A stretch of 64,000 bases of DNA, taken from assembly GCA_965246775.1 (NCBI GenBank), contig CBDFFL010000005.1, positions 30,947-94,946 on the forward strand. The letters run 5' to 3'. The DNA comes from Bryobacteraceae bacterium. Its GTDB lineage: Bacteria > Acidobacteriota > Terriglobia > Bryobacterales > Bryobacteraceae. The notes beneath the pieces were generated by a model. The model worked only from the letters and a program-made list of their open reading frames with translations. It had not been told where the DNA came from and ran no database searches. This document shows, one piece after another, positions 27,458 through 36,866 of the stretch. The number at the start of each line of letters is the position of its first letter. Position 1 is the stretch's first letter. Made by a program: the position numbers and the translations under genes.

Positions 27458-28987
27458 TCAGTTCCGCTTTCTCCCCAGCTCGTAAATCCTCACGAAACTT
27501 CCGCTCTCATAAGTCCCCTTCAGCGTTCCGTGTTTTTCCAATTCGTCCGGCAAGTCTTCGCCGAATAGCACTGCATAGTCTATCGATACCGGAAGATCGC
27601 CCCGCACCCATTCCAGCCCCGCCCACGACCCCGCTTCAGGCGATTCCAGCCCCCACAGCGTGCCGCGTTGCCCCTCGTCCATCACCGCACGCTTGAAAGC
27701 AATGCTGAATGTCCCCGTCGCCGATTGGTAATCCGAAAGGTCCACCGCGTGCTGGCGCACCGCACCCAGCGCCGCCAAATGCAACAGCGGATCGAACGCC
27801 ATGCCTTCCAGGGTGAATTCGCGCGCGGCATTCGGGGCAGGGTAGCGCACCCGCACGAACCGTGCGCCCTCGGGCAGCCGGTCCATTGCGTCCAGATAGG
27901 CTCCCGCCGCCGCGCTATTCGCCTTTGCCTGCCGCGTCATCACCGTGAGTTGCCCCACCAACAGCACCGCCACGAATACACAGATCCACGGCTGAATCCG
28001 CCGCAGACGCTCCGCTGAATAGAGCGCCAGCGCACCGAACAGAAACACCGCCCACGCAAACCGCATCTTCACCACCGATCCGCCGAAGCCTAGATCCGGA
28101 ACAACCAGATACAGCAGAAACGAAGCAGCCGTCAGCACAGCCAACGCCCCACGCGGGCTTTTCCATTCAGCGCGCCGAAGCAATAGAATTGCGCCCACAA
28201 TCAGGCATAGCATCACGGGCCAAAGGTAGCGTTGTTCCCCCAGCCAACCGCCGCGAAAGAAGAACAGCTTCTCCGGAAAATGCGCCAGCGCCGCCCCCAC
28301 CTCACTCCTCCCGAACGCCGCCCCCCGGAACCGCGACGCATACAAAAGCACCAGCGTCACCGTAGGCGCAATCGCCACAGCCAGCCGCCCCCACTTGGTG
28401 CGGGCGCTCCCCGGCCACAGGCCCATCACGCCCAGCGCCACCCCTCCCAGCACAGCCGGTATCAGGTGAGTAAAAAACAGCAGCGCCAGGCCGCCACACA
28501 GCACGGCCGTTCTTCGCCAGCTCAAATCCGCGCGGTGCCGGGCATAGTACCCCACCAGCAGCATCAAGAGCGCAATGCCCAGACAGAAGTTATAAAATCC
28601 GGCCCACAGAAACCACTGCTCCACCAGCCAGTTCCCCAAAAGAAAGGGTTTCACTTCGGTCCCGGCAAAAGCCGCCGCGCCATAGGCGAGCGCTGAGTAA
28701 CCGCCCAACAGGCAAATGGAGGTTACAAATGCCTCGGCGTAATCCGGCCCGAATAGCCCTAGAAATCCCGCCAGCAGCAAGGTTCCCGTCCAGTTCGGAA
28801 GCGCGAACTTTTGTACGAAATAAAGCGCATGATAAGGCGAAGTATGCCGGTGAAACACCAGGTCTTTCGTGACAAACGCCGTGTAAACATGAGAGGGTCC
28901 ATCCTGCGTCACAAAATGGGGAACGCTCCACGGAATATAAATTTGAAAGGCCAGAATCGCCAAGGAAAGGATTCGCAGAAACTTCAT
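27458..28987 (-). CDS. polytopic membrane protein with a C-terminal soluble domain (possible GT-C-like / polymerase-like; function unassigned)
   Basis: ORF 27458..29056 with a likely start MKFLRILSLAILAFQ at 28987. There are more than 10 hydrophobic segments and a ~140-aa hydrophilic C-terminus. It lies within a polysaccharide-type locus. Confidence 0.5.
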   Translation of the reverse strand: MKFLRILSLAILAFQIYIPWSVPHFVTQDGPSHVYTAFVTKDLVFHRHTSPYHALYFVQKFALPNWTGTLLLAGFLGLFGPDYAEAFVTSICLLGGYSALAYGAAAFAGTEVKPFLLGNWLVEQWFLWAGFYNFCLGIALLMLLVGYYARHRADLSWRRTAVLCGGLALLFFTHLIPAVLGGVALGVMGLWPGSARTKWGRLAVAIAPTVTLVLLYASRFRGAAFGRSEVGAALAHFPEKLFFFRGGWLGEQRYLWPVMLCLIVGAILLLRRAEWKSPRGALAVLTAASFLLYLVVPDLGFGGSVVKMRFAWAVFLFGALALYSAERLRRIQPWICVFVAVLLVGQLTVMTRQAKANSAAAGAYLDAMDRLPEGARFVRVRYPAPNAAREFTLEGMAFDPLLHLAALGAVRQHAVDLSDYQSATGTFSIAFKRAVMDEGQRGTLWGLESPEAGSWAGLEWVRGDLPVSIDYAVLFGEDLPDELEKHGTLKGTYESGSFVRIYELGRKRN

Positions 28988-29060
28988 TGAGGCATCGAGT
29001 ATATGCCATCGCCCTTCATTCCCATGCTTAAATAGGCAATCGGGCGAACAACTCATAAAG

Positions 29061-32000
29061 ATGGATGAACGTACACCCGGCCGCGACCCCGCCGCGAAAC
29101 GATTGCGCGATGTCGAGAACGATCTAAAGTCTCTTCGCGCCCTGGTTGACCGGCTTGCTGAAGAACAGAACCAGAGCCTGTCCCGCGTACATTCTGCGTT
29201 GGCGGCGCTCGAATCCGCCGTTCAGCATCAAGCCGCCAAGCCGCGCAAGGCAACCCTCAACCAGAAGCTTCAGGGGACCCTTTCGGGCTGGTATGTCGCC
29301 GCCGCGCGCACCATCCTGCGCACCGATATTGAACAGCTTTTCGATAAGGAATATTACGTTTCCCGCGTGCCCGGCCTTGCCGAATCCGGGCTCCATCCCG
29401 CCTTCCATTACCTCCGTTCGAAAGCCACAATTTCGCCACATTGGCTTTTCGATAGCGCATATTATCTGCGCACATATCCCGATGTAGCTGCCGCGAATAT
29501 CGATCCGTTAGTGCATTTCCTGCGCGCGGGCTGGCGGGAAAGCCGCAATCCGCACCCGCTATTCAATACCGGTTTTTACCTGGCCCAGGCGCCTGAAGTG
29601 AAGGCTGGCCAACATAATCCGGTCATCCATTACCTGCAGGTTGGCTGGCAAAAAAAGCTCTGGCCCCATCCGCTTTTCGATGGGGATTTTTACCTCGCCG
29701 TCCATCCCGATGTCGCTAGCGCCGGCATGGACCCTCTCACCCACTACATCCTCTTCGGCGCTCACGAAGGCCGCCGGCCGCACGCCTGGTTCGACCCGGC
29801 TTATTATCGTGCGCGCAATCCAGATGTGGCCCAGGCCCGCGTCGAAACTGTACAGCACTATCTGGAACACGGCGCCGCCGAAGGCCGCGACCCGCACCCA
29901 CTCTTCGACACGCTGTTCTATCGCGAAGAATACGCCGCTACTTTGGGCGGCCTCACACCGCTCGAACACTTCGCACGCCATGGCCGCGAACTCGGCCACC
30001 GCACCAACGCGATGGAGTGCATCGAACGCTTCCTCCCCGCCACTCTTGCACCGCCTCCGCCACCTCGCGGCCGCACCGTCGATGTCGTCATCCCTGTTTA
30101 CAAGGGCGTTGAAGAGACTCGGGCCTGTCTTGAAAGTTTGCTTGGCGCGGCCAACCGCGAGCCCTTCGAACTCATCGTCATTAATGACCGCAGCCCAGAG
30201 CCGGCGCTGACCGAATGGTTGCGTGAAGCCTCCGCTACAGCCGCGTTTACCCTGCTTGAGAACGAAACCAATCTGGGCTTCGTCGCCACCGTGAACCGCG
30301 GCATGGCGCTCCATCCGGATCGCGACGTCATTCTCCTGAACAGCGATACCGCCGTCGCCGAAGGCTGGCTCGATCGGCTGGTCCGCGCCGCCTACAGCCA
30401 CCCGCGCATCGGCACCGTCACCCCGCTTTCGAACAACGCCACCATCTGCTCTTACCCGCGCTTCTGCGAAGAGAATCCGCTCCCGCCCAACACCGGCTTT
30501 CAGGAGTTGGATCGTCTCGCCGCCGAAGTCAACAGCGGCCGAGTCATCGATATCCCGACAGCCGTGGGCTTCTGCATGTACATCCGGCGCGAGTGTCTCC
30601 ACGCGGCCGGTCTCTTCGATGTAGAAACCTTCGGCAAAGGCTATGGGGAAGAGAACGATTTCTCCCTGCGTGCCGCCGCAAACGGCTGGCGCAACATACT
30701 CGCCACCGATATTTTCGTCTATCATTTGGGCAGCGTCAGCTTCGCGCAGAGCGCCGTGCAGGCGCGCGAACAAGGCGTGCGCGCCATCGGCAATCGCTAC
30801 CCGGGGTACTTGGCGCAAGTCGCGCGCCATGTGTCGCGTGACCCCGCCCTTCCCTATCGCTTCGCCCTCACCGCCGCGCGCTTCCGCAACTCTTCGCTGC
30901 CCGCCATCCTGCTGGTCACTCATGACTTGGGCGGCGGCATCCGCCAGCACATTGAAGAGTTGGTCCAGTCGCTGCGCGGTAAGGCGAACTTTCTCGAACT
31001 CCGCCCCACCGAAGGCGATCTCGTTCTGCTAACCTCGCCCAGCCCCGCTGAAGGGATCTCTTTCTCTCTCGATCTCAAGCGCCAATACGAATCGCTCCTC
31101 AGCCTGCTGCGTTCCGCTGGCATCTCACGCATGCACGTTCACCACGTGCTGCGCCACTCCGTCTCGCTCGAGAAACTCCGGCACGATCTCGACATCCCCC
31201 TCGATTTCACCGTTCACGATTACCTCGCCATCTGCCCCCGCTTCGTCCTCGCCAAGCCCGATGGCAAGTATTGCGGCGAACCCGATGAATCCGGCTGCAA
31301 CGAATGCATCCGCACCTCCCTGCCCCACCTGAATTTGGATATCGGTTCCTGGCGCGCGAAATATTCCTGGCTCCTGCATTCAGCCGAACGCGTCATCACC
31401 CCCTCCGCCGATACCGCCGCACGCATCAGCCGCCACTATCCGGCGGCGCACATCCAGGCCGCCGTTCACCCCGATCAACTGCCTCCCCAACCTGTGCAAG
31501 CCCCGCGCCTTGAACCCGATGGCATGTTGCGCATTGCAGCCCTCGGCGTCATGTCTTGGCATAAAGGTCTGCAGAACCTGGAACGCTGCGCCCAGATCGC
31601 CGCGGAACGGGCGCTCCCCCTGGAGTTCACGCTGGTGGGCTATTGCGAACCGCAAGTCCGCTTACACGGGCCGTTCACTTTCACGGAAACGGGCGAGTAC
31701 ACACGCCCGGAATTGCCCGGCGTTCTCGCGGCCGCAAAGCCGGGCCTCATCTGGTTCCCGCAGCGCTGGCCTGAAACGTTCAGCTATACGCTCAGCGTCT
31801 GCCTGGAACTTGGGCTTCCCGTCGCTGCTCCCCGCTTAGGCGCGCTACCCGAACGCGTGGCCGGCCGCTCCTGGACGTGGGTTTACGATTGGTCCCTTGA
31901 GCCTGAGGCTCTCATCCAGATCTTCCTGCGCGCCCGCGATTCCATGATCGCCGGCGTCTCGCCCAACGCCCCGCCGAATCGCCCCACCGCAGATCCGTTC

Positions 32001-33242
32001 TTCTATCCCAACACGTATCTCGAACATCGCCCGCGCGGCGGCGCCGCCGTCGACCTTCGTGAAGCCGGCCGCCTTTCCGTCATCGCTCTGCTCTCCTCGT
32101 ATGAATCGGGCCAGATGCAGAGTTGCGGCTACATCCGCGCCTATCTGCCCCTCATGCATGACCGGATGGAGAGCTTCATTCGCCTTGCCGTCACCACGCC
32201 CGAAAGCGCTCTCACTATGGCCGCCGACGTTCTGCTGGTGCAGCGCACCACCATCCCCACTCTGGCGCTGGCCGAAGAACTGGTGCGCCATTGCCGCCGG
32301 CAAGGCATCCGGATCGTTTATGAAACCGACGACGATCTTTTCAACATTCACGCCGGCCATGCGGATAGCAGCTTCTACATGCCGCTCATCGCTCCGGCCG
32401 AACTCATCGCGCGCCACGCGGCCATGGTGCTTGTCTCCAGTCCCGTGCTCAAACAGCGCCTCGCGCATCTGAACCCCGATATCCGCGTCATCCCCAATGC
32501 GCTCGATGAAACGCTCTGGTTCCATGCCCGCGATGCCGCGGGCAATGCCATAGCCAAAGCTCCCTCGCGGGCCGCCACGCAACCCGCCAGGCAACCCGTG
32601 CGCATTCTCTACATGGGCACCATGACGCATGGCCGCGACCTGGAAATTCTGGAGTCCCCCATGCGCCGCCTGAAAGCCGAATTCGGCGCCGCCGTCGAGC
32701 TCGATCTCATCGGCATCATGCCCGGCGACCGCGAACGCGATTGGTTCAACGTCATCCCTGTCCCCGCCATTTACGGGCACTCCTATCCGCTCTTCATCGA
32801 ATGGATACGCAAAGAAAACAAGTGGGATTTCGCCGTCGCCCCGCTGGTGGATGACGAATTCAACCGCTGCAAAAGTTACATAAAATATATGGATTACGCC
32901 GCTCTGCGCCTGCCCGCCATCTTCTCAGGCATCGGCGTCTTCGAAGGCGTGGTCAGTGAGCGTGAAACCGGCATCTGCCTGCCCGCGCTCGCACCCAACT
33001 CCCCTCAGGAAGCCGAAGCCTGGTATATGGCCATGCGCCTTTTGATCACGGATTCCGCGCTGCGCCAACAAATGGGCGAAGCCGCATATCGCGATGTGGA
33101 ACTGAATCACACGCTGGCCGCGCAACACACGCTCCGGCGCAATCTATGGAATCAAATTGGCAGTCTGCCGGCCGTTCGCTCCAGCAGCACTATCGTCTCG
33201 TTCTCGGAAGAAACCACCGCCACCAGTTCGAAGGGAATCTGA
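29061..33242 (+). CDS. 1393-aa multi-domain glycosyltransferase (coiled-coil, six ~38-aa repeats, GT2 domain, additional GT-B-like regions)
   Basis: The GT2 core reads VDVVIPVYKGVEETRACLESLL...VINDRSPEP...NLGFVATVNRGM...ILLNSDT...TVTPLSNNATICSYP. The N-terminal repeats have the form FDxxYYLxxxPDVAxAxxDPLxHYLxxGxxEGRxPHPL. C-terminal segments resemble GT1/GT4 folds (ILLVTHDLGGG..., RILYMGTMTHGRD...). Confidence 0.8.
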   Translation: MDERTPGRDPAAKRLRDVENDLKSLRALVDRLAEEQNQSLSRVHSALAALESAVQHQAAKPRKATLNQKLQGTLSGWYVAAARTILRTDIEQLFDKEYYVSRVPGLAESGLHPAFHYLRSKATISPHWLFDSAYYLRTYPDVAAANIDPLVHFLRAGWRESRNPHPLFNTGFYLAQAPEVKAGQHNPVIHYLQVGWQKKLWPHPLFDGDFYLAVHPDVASAGMDPLTHYILFGAHEGRRPHAWFDPAYYRARNPDVAQARVETVQHYLEHGAAEGRDPHPLFDTLFYREEYAATLGGLTPLEHFARHGRELGHRTNAMECIERFLPATLAPPPPPRGRTVDVVIPVYKGVEETRACLESLLGAANREPFELIVINDRSPEPALTEWLREASATAAFTLLENETNLGFVATVNRGMALHPDRDVILLNSDTAVAEGWLDRLVRAAYSHPRIGTVTPLSNNATICSYPRFCEENPLPPNTGFQELDRLAAEVNSGRVIDIPTAVGFCMYIRRECLHAAGLFDVETFGKGYGEENDFSLRAAANGWRNILATDIFVYHLGSVSFAQSAVQAREQGVRAIGNRYPGYLAQVARHVSRDPALPYRFALTAARFRNSSLPAILLVTHDLGGGIRQHIEELVQSLRGKANFLELRPTEGDLVLLTSPSPAEGISFSLDLKRQYESLLSLLRSAGISRMHVHHVLRHSVSLEKLRHDLDIPLDFTVHDYLAICPRFVLAKPDGKYCGEPDESGCNECIRTSLPHLNLDIGSWRAKYSWLLHSAERVITPSADTAARISRHYPAAHIQAAVHPDQLPPQPVQAPRLEPDGMLRIAALGVMSWHKGLQNLERCAQIAAERALPLEFTLVGYCEPQVRLHGPFTFTETGEYTRPELPGVLAAAKPGLIWFPQRWPETFSYTLSVCLELGLPVAAPRLGALPERVAGRSWTWVYDWSLEPEALIQIFLRARDSMIAGVSPNAPPNRPTADPFFYPNTYLEHRPRGGAAVDLREAGRLSVIALLSSYESGQMQSCGYIRAYLPLMHDRMESFIRLAVTTPESALTMAADVLLVQRTTIPTLALAEELVRHCRRQGIRIVYETDDDLFNIHAGHADSSFYMPLIAPAELIARHAAMVLVSSPVLKQRLAHLNPDIRVIPNALDETLWFHARDAAGNAIAKAPSRAATQPARQPVRILYMGTMTHGRDLEILESPMRRLKAEFGAAVELDLIGIMPGDRERDWFNVIPVPAIYGHSYPLFIEWIRKENKWDFAVAPLVDDEFNRCKSYIKYMDYAALRLPAIFSGIGVFEGVVSERETGICLPALAPNSPQEAEAWYMAMRLLITDSALRQQMGEAAYRDVELNHTLAAQHTLRRNLWNQIGSLPAVRSSSTIVSFSEETTATSSKGI

Positions 33243-34834
33243 AAATCCTGCCGCGCCGCCAGCAGAAAGCTCAATAGATCGCCCGTAGACCACACGTTGT
33301 AGTGGATGCTGTAATCTTCCTCCATCAACTCGTCCGCGCGCGCCCTGGCTCGATCGGGCGGCAGTCGATACACCAGCAGCGACCATTCGTAAAAAAGGTC
33401 CGCGCAACCGGCCCGCTGCCCGCTCACATAAGCACGCTTCAGAGCCGCATAGGGAGTTACCGGCCTGCGCAGATCGAACGTATGCCGCTTGTCCGGCACC
33501 GCCAAATATAAAATCCCACCCTGCCGCACCACGCGCAGCATGTTGTGTATGCTCCGAATCGGGTCCGGGCAATGCTCCAGAAAGTGGTTCGCAATCGCGA
33601 AATCCTGCGAGCCTTCCGCCACGTGTTGCAGTAACTGCCCATCGTCCACAATGTCCGGAGCCTGCACCGGAATTTGCGCCATCTCCGGATAATGCTCCAG
33701 CAGCTTCTCCAGAGTCATGCGATCGATATAGCGAACCTGGCACGCCTCGTTCAGGCGTGTCGGCTTTTGCAGCGCGCCAATCTCAATGCCGCTCCCGCGA
33801 ATGTAGCGGTTCGCCAGGCCCACGCGCGCCGTGCGCTCATATTCCTGCAGTTGAATCGCGAACTGAAACAGCGGCCCGCTTTCATACAGCGACGCGCCAT
33901 CGGATTGAACCACCGACACCGTATGCGTCCCAATCCGCCGGCACAGCGGCGAAAGGTCGGCGCGGAAGCCGGTCATCATCAGCTTCTCCGTTTGAAAATG
34001 CTCCATCACATCGGTCCGTGCCTCGCGCGGAAGCGCCAGGTATTCGTCCACGGACGTCTCGTTATGCCGCACCCGCGCGAAAAGATGTTCCGCCGGAGCT
34101 TGGTCCGCCGCAATCATCGCCCACCCGGAGATTCCAAATTCGGCCCGCGCCGCAATCGGCAGGACCTTGCCGGGCTCCGCCATCACGCGGTCCAACTGCA
34201 CCACACCAGCACCTGCCACCGGCAGCGCACGGATGCTCTCCGGCAGGTCGGTCAACACCGGGCAAACGTTTTCCAGCGCCTGTTTTGCCGCCGTCCACAA
34301 CGAATGTTCACCGGAAAGCCCTGCAAAAAAATACCGGCTTTCAATCAGCCGCGCATACTTTTCGCGCCGCGCATTCGCGTCTTCGCCGCCATCCCGCGAA
34401 ACAATCACCGCCGGACGCGTACCGCCGGAAAGAGCGTCCCGAAGCAGCTCACGCTGCCGGCCATGCTCATCGATCCAAAGCAGCTCCGCGCCGCCCGCTA
34501 CCTCGGCCACCCGCATAGCCGGAACATCCACAGCCAGCTTCCGCGCCTGCTCCACAGATCCGTTGCGGCATAGCACCGTAACCGGTGTCCCTTCCCGCGC
34601 CAGATTCACCACGCCATCCCAACTAGGCCGATCCTCACTCCACGCATAAACCGCGGAAAAAGCCTTCCCCGCCGGAAGCAGCCTTCGTATCGATTCCACC
34701 TGGATTTTCCCGCCCGGGACCATAACCCTCAGTATGGCAACGTTCCCGCCAGAGCCCGGTGACAAAAATGTCAAATCTATATTTCCACTGCTATCAGCCA
34801 CATACGCGGTACCATCGCCGGGAACCGTCCCCAC
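33152..34834 (-). CDS. fusion protein: unknown N-terminal domain + class I SAM-dependent methyltransferase domain
   Basis: 560 aa. The C-terminal half contains GSGIEIGALQKP...VRYIDR... and DFAIANHFLEHCPDPIRSIHNMLRVVRQGGILYLAVPD, which are methyltransferase motifs I and post-II/III. Its 3' end overlaps the convergent glycosyltransferase gene by 91 nt. Confidence 0.7.
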   Translation of the reverse strand: MGTVPGDGTAYVADSSGNIDLTFLSPGSGGNVAILRVMVPGGKIQVESIRRLLPAGKAFSAVYAWSEDRPSWDGVVNLAREGTPVTVLCRNGSVEQARKLAVDVPAMRVAEVAGGAELLWIDEHGRQRELLRDALSGGTRPAVIVSRDGGEDANARREKYARLIESRYFFAGLSGEHSLWTAAKQALENVCPVLTDLPESIRALPVAGAGVVQLDRVMAEPGKVLPIAARAEFGISGWAMIAADQAPAEHLFARVRHNETSVDEYLALPREARTDVMEHFQTEKLMMTGFRADLSPLCRRIGTHTVSVVQSDGASLYESGPLFQFAIQLQEYERTARVGLANRYIRGSGIEIGALQKPTRLNEACQVRYIDRMTLEKLLEHYPEMAQIPVQAPDIVDDGQLLQHVAEGSQDFAIANHFLEHCPDPIRSIHNMLRVVRQGGILYLAVPDKRHTFDLRRPVTPYAALKRAYVSGQRAGCADLFYEWSLLVYRLPPDRARARADELMEEDYSIHYNVWSTGDLLSFLLAARQDFQIPFELVAVVSSENETIVLLERTAGRLPI

Positions 34835-34965
34835 TCGAGCTAGTCTGAACTCGCCGGGACAAGGATCCCGCGGTTTTGACGCTTCCGGGCTTGGGCACCT
34901 GAAAGCTCCCGCGACCGCTCCCCCCGGGATTCAGCTTCTCCGTCAGACATGCGGAGTTGCGGTGA

Positions 34966-35010
34966 GCCGGTGGAAGGAGGGAGAGTGCTCCTCCACCGGC
35001 ATTTTTGTTT
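34966..35010 (+). terminator. strong intrinsic-terminator-like hairpin + T-tract with no upstream plus-strand gene
   Basis: GCCGGTGGAAGGAG-ggagagtg-CTCCTCCACCGGC (34966-35000) is followed by ATTTTTGTTT. Upstream on this strand there is only the divergent promoter region of the minus gene ending at 34834. Confidence 0.55.
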
Positions 35011-35400
35011 CGCCCGCACTCATCGGCAGCTAAAATAGCGGTGGCAGCACCGTAGCAATGGCCACCCGAACGCGACGCAAAACTGGTTCGAACGATGCGG
35101 ATCGAACATTCATCGCCACCAACCTACCCGCAACGCAGCCGGGGATGCCGTCTGAGACCAAACGCCTGAAGCACTACGGCCACTTGCTGGTCACCCGATT
35201 CGGATCCCATCCAGCGTTCCGCCTGATGTTTGAAGCGAACATCGCCCAAAGAAAATACCGGCGATCGCTGTCGGTCCCCGTTCCACCGTTTACAAAAGCC
35301 TAAAGGTTCCCCATCCGCCACGCCCTGACTCTCGATAAGGCGCATTCGATAGCCTCAGCCTCCCCCGATTCCCATTCCCCCGCCACTGCGGATAAAGTGT

Positions 35401-36453
35401 ATGGCTAGGTATCCACGCATGAAACATACAGCAGCCCTCCTCACCCTGGCCTTCTCCGTCGCGGCCTTCGCCCAACTGCCGCCCAACGCGCCCCCAGCCG
35501 CTCCCGCCGGACGTGGCACGCCACCCCCCATGCCCCCCGGCCCCAGCCCCAATTCGCAATACCGGCTCGGCCCCGATTCGCTCGCCCAGGAAGGCGTCCC
35601 CAAAGGTGAAATCCGCGGCCCCTTCACCCTCCCCAGCCAGGTCTACCCCGGCACCCAGCACACCTATTGGGTCTACGTTCCCGCCCAGTACGACGCCGCC
35701 ATTCCCGCCGCGCTCATGATCTTTCAGGATGGCCAGGCCTTCAAAGACGAAAGCGGCGATATTCGCGCCCAGAACGTAATGGACAATCTCATTTACCGCC
35801 GCGAAATCCCCGTCATGCTCGGCGTCTTCATCAACCCCGGCCGCACCCCCGAACAGCCCGAGCCCACTCTCTCCGAATGGGGCGACCGCACCACCAACCG
35901 ACCCACCGAATACAACACGCCCGACGACAAATACGCCCGCATCGTTACCGAAGAGCTGATGCCCGCCCTGAACAAGGATTACAACATCTCAAAGGACCCC
36001 GAAATGCACGGCATCGGCGGTTCCAGCTCCGGCGCCATCGCGGCATTTTCCGTCGCCTGGGAGCGCCCTAACCAGTTCCGCAAAGTGCTCAGCAACGTGG
36101 GCAGCTTTGTCGATCTCCGCGGCGGTCACGTCTATCCCGAACGCGTGCTCGCCACCGAAAAGAAGCCCATCCGCATCTTCCTCTGCGACGGACGCAACGA
36201 CAATCGCGGCATTCGCAACGGCGTCTACGATCAGAAGCGCGATTGGTTCTACCAAAACGTGCGCCTCATGAAGGCCCTTACTCAAAAGGGTTACGACGTG
36301 AACTACTCATGGGGCGTCAACCTGCATGGCCAGAAATTCGGCGGCGCCATCATGCCCGAAATGATGCGTTGGCTCTGGCGCGATTCCCCCGCCTCCACCG
36401 ACCCGAACGACATGGTAGAACGCGGCTTCCGCCAACCGGCTAAGAAGACCTAG
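35401..36453 (+). CDS. secreted esterase (PF00756-like 'putative esterase' / enterochelin-esterase-like alpha/beta hydrolase)
   Basis: Signal peptide, Pro-rich linker, [10 protein letters not shown]...[11 protein letters not shown], and nucleophile elbow [13 protein letters not shown]. Confidence 0.75.
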   Translation: MARYPRMKHTAALLTLAFSVAAFAQLPPNAPPAAPAGRGTPPPMPPGPSPNSQYRLGPDSLAQEGVPKGEIRGPFTLPSQVYPGTQHTYWVYVPAQYDAAIPAALMIFQDGQAFKDESGDIRAQNVMDNLIYRREIPVMLGVFINPGRTPEQPEPTLSEWGDRTTNRPTEYNTPDDKYARIVTEELMPALNKDYNISKDPEMHGIGGSSSGAIAAFSVAWERPNQFRKVLSNVGSFVDLRGGHVYPERVLATEKKPIRIFLCDGRNDNRGIRNGVYDQKRDWFYQNVRLMKALTQKGYDVNYSWGVNLHGQKFGGAIMPEMMRWLWRDSPASTDPNDMVERGFRQPAKKT

Positions 36454-36830
36454 CCTCTCCCCCGAAACCGGTCGATCTCACGCCGGTCGCGCTTCGAAGG
36501 CCGCCCCTCCGGCACCGGGTCGAACAGTTTCATCGCCTTCTTCTGGGCCATCGCCTGCGCCCGCGCCTCTTGGCTGCCTTCGGTCTCCGTATACAGCGTC
36601 TGCGCCACCGCCGCAGGCCCCCGCTTGTCGCTCACCAGCAGCACCTCTACCTCAAACTCCCCCGCGTCGCTCTTCACGCGCAGCAAGCTCCCCTCCCTTA
36701 CCTCGCGCGACGCCTTCACCGCCTGATCGCCTTCCACAATCCGCCCCAGGTCGCACGCCTTCGCGGCCAGGGAGCGCGTCTTGAAAAAACGCGCCGCCCA
36801 TAGCCACTTGTCCATCCTTACGCGTTCCAC
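36450..36830 (-). CDS. hslR: S4-domain RNA-binding protein (Hsp15/HslR-like)
   Basis: [39 protein letters not shown] is an S4-domain signature. The start is either GTG 36830 or ATG 36815. Confidence 0.75.
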   Translation of the reverse strand: MERVRMDKWLWAARFFKTRSLAAKACDLGRIVEGDQAVKASREVREGSLLRVKSDAGEFEVEVLLVSDKRGPAAVAQTLYTETEGSQEARAQAMAQKKAMKLFDPVPEGRPSKRDRREIDRFRGRG

Positions 36831-36866
36831 CCAGCCATTCTCGTATGCCGGGCCCTTCCAGTTGTC

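Noticed and set aside
34850-35010. Tested whether the orphan-terminator region is SRP (4.5S) RNA, 6S RNA, tmRNA or RNase P RNA
   Set aside because: There is no GGAA-tetraloop/AGCA symmetric-loop motif of SRP domain IV, no tRNA-like ends and the size is wrong for RNase P. The identity remains unknown, so it is reported only as a candidate sRNA.
35058-35303. 81-aa ORF in the 34835-35400 intergenic region
   Set aside because: It has no recognisable motif, no SD and Arg-rich composition. I could not support it as coding, and it is left unannotated.
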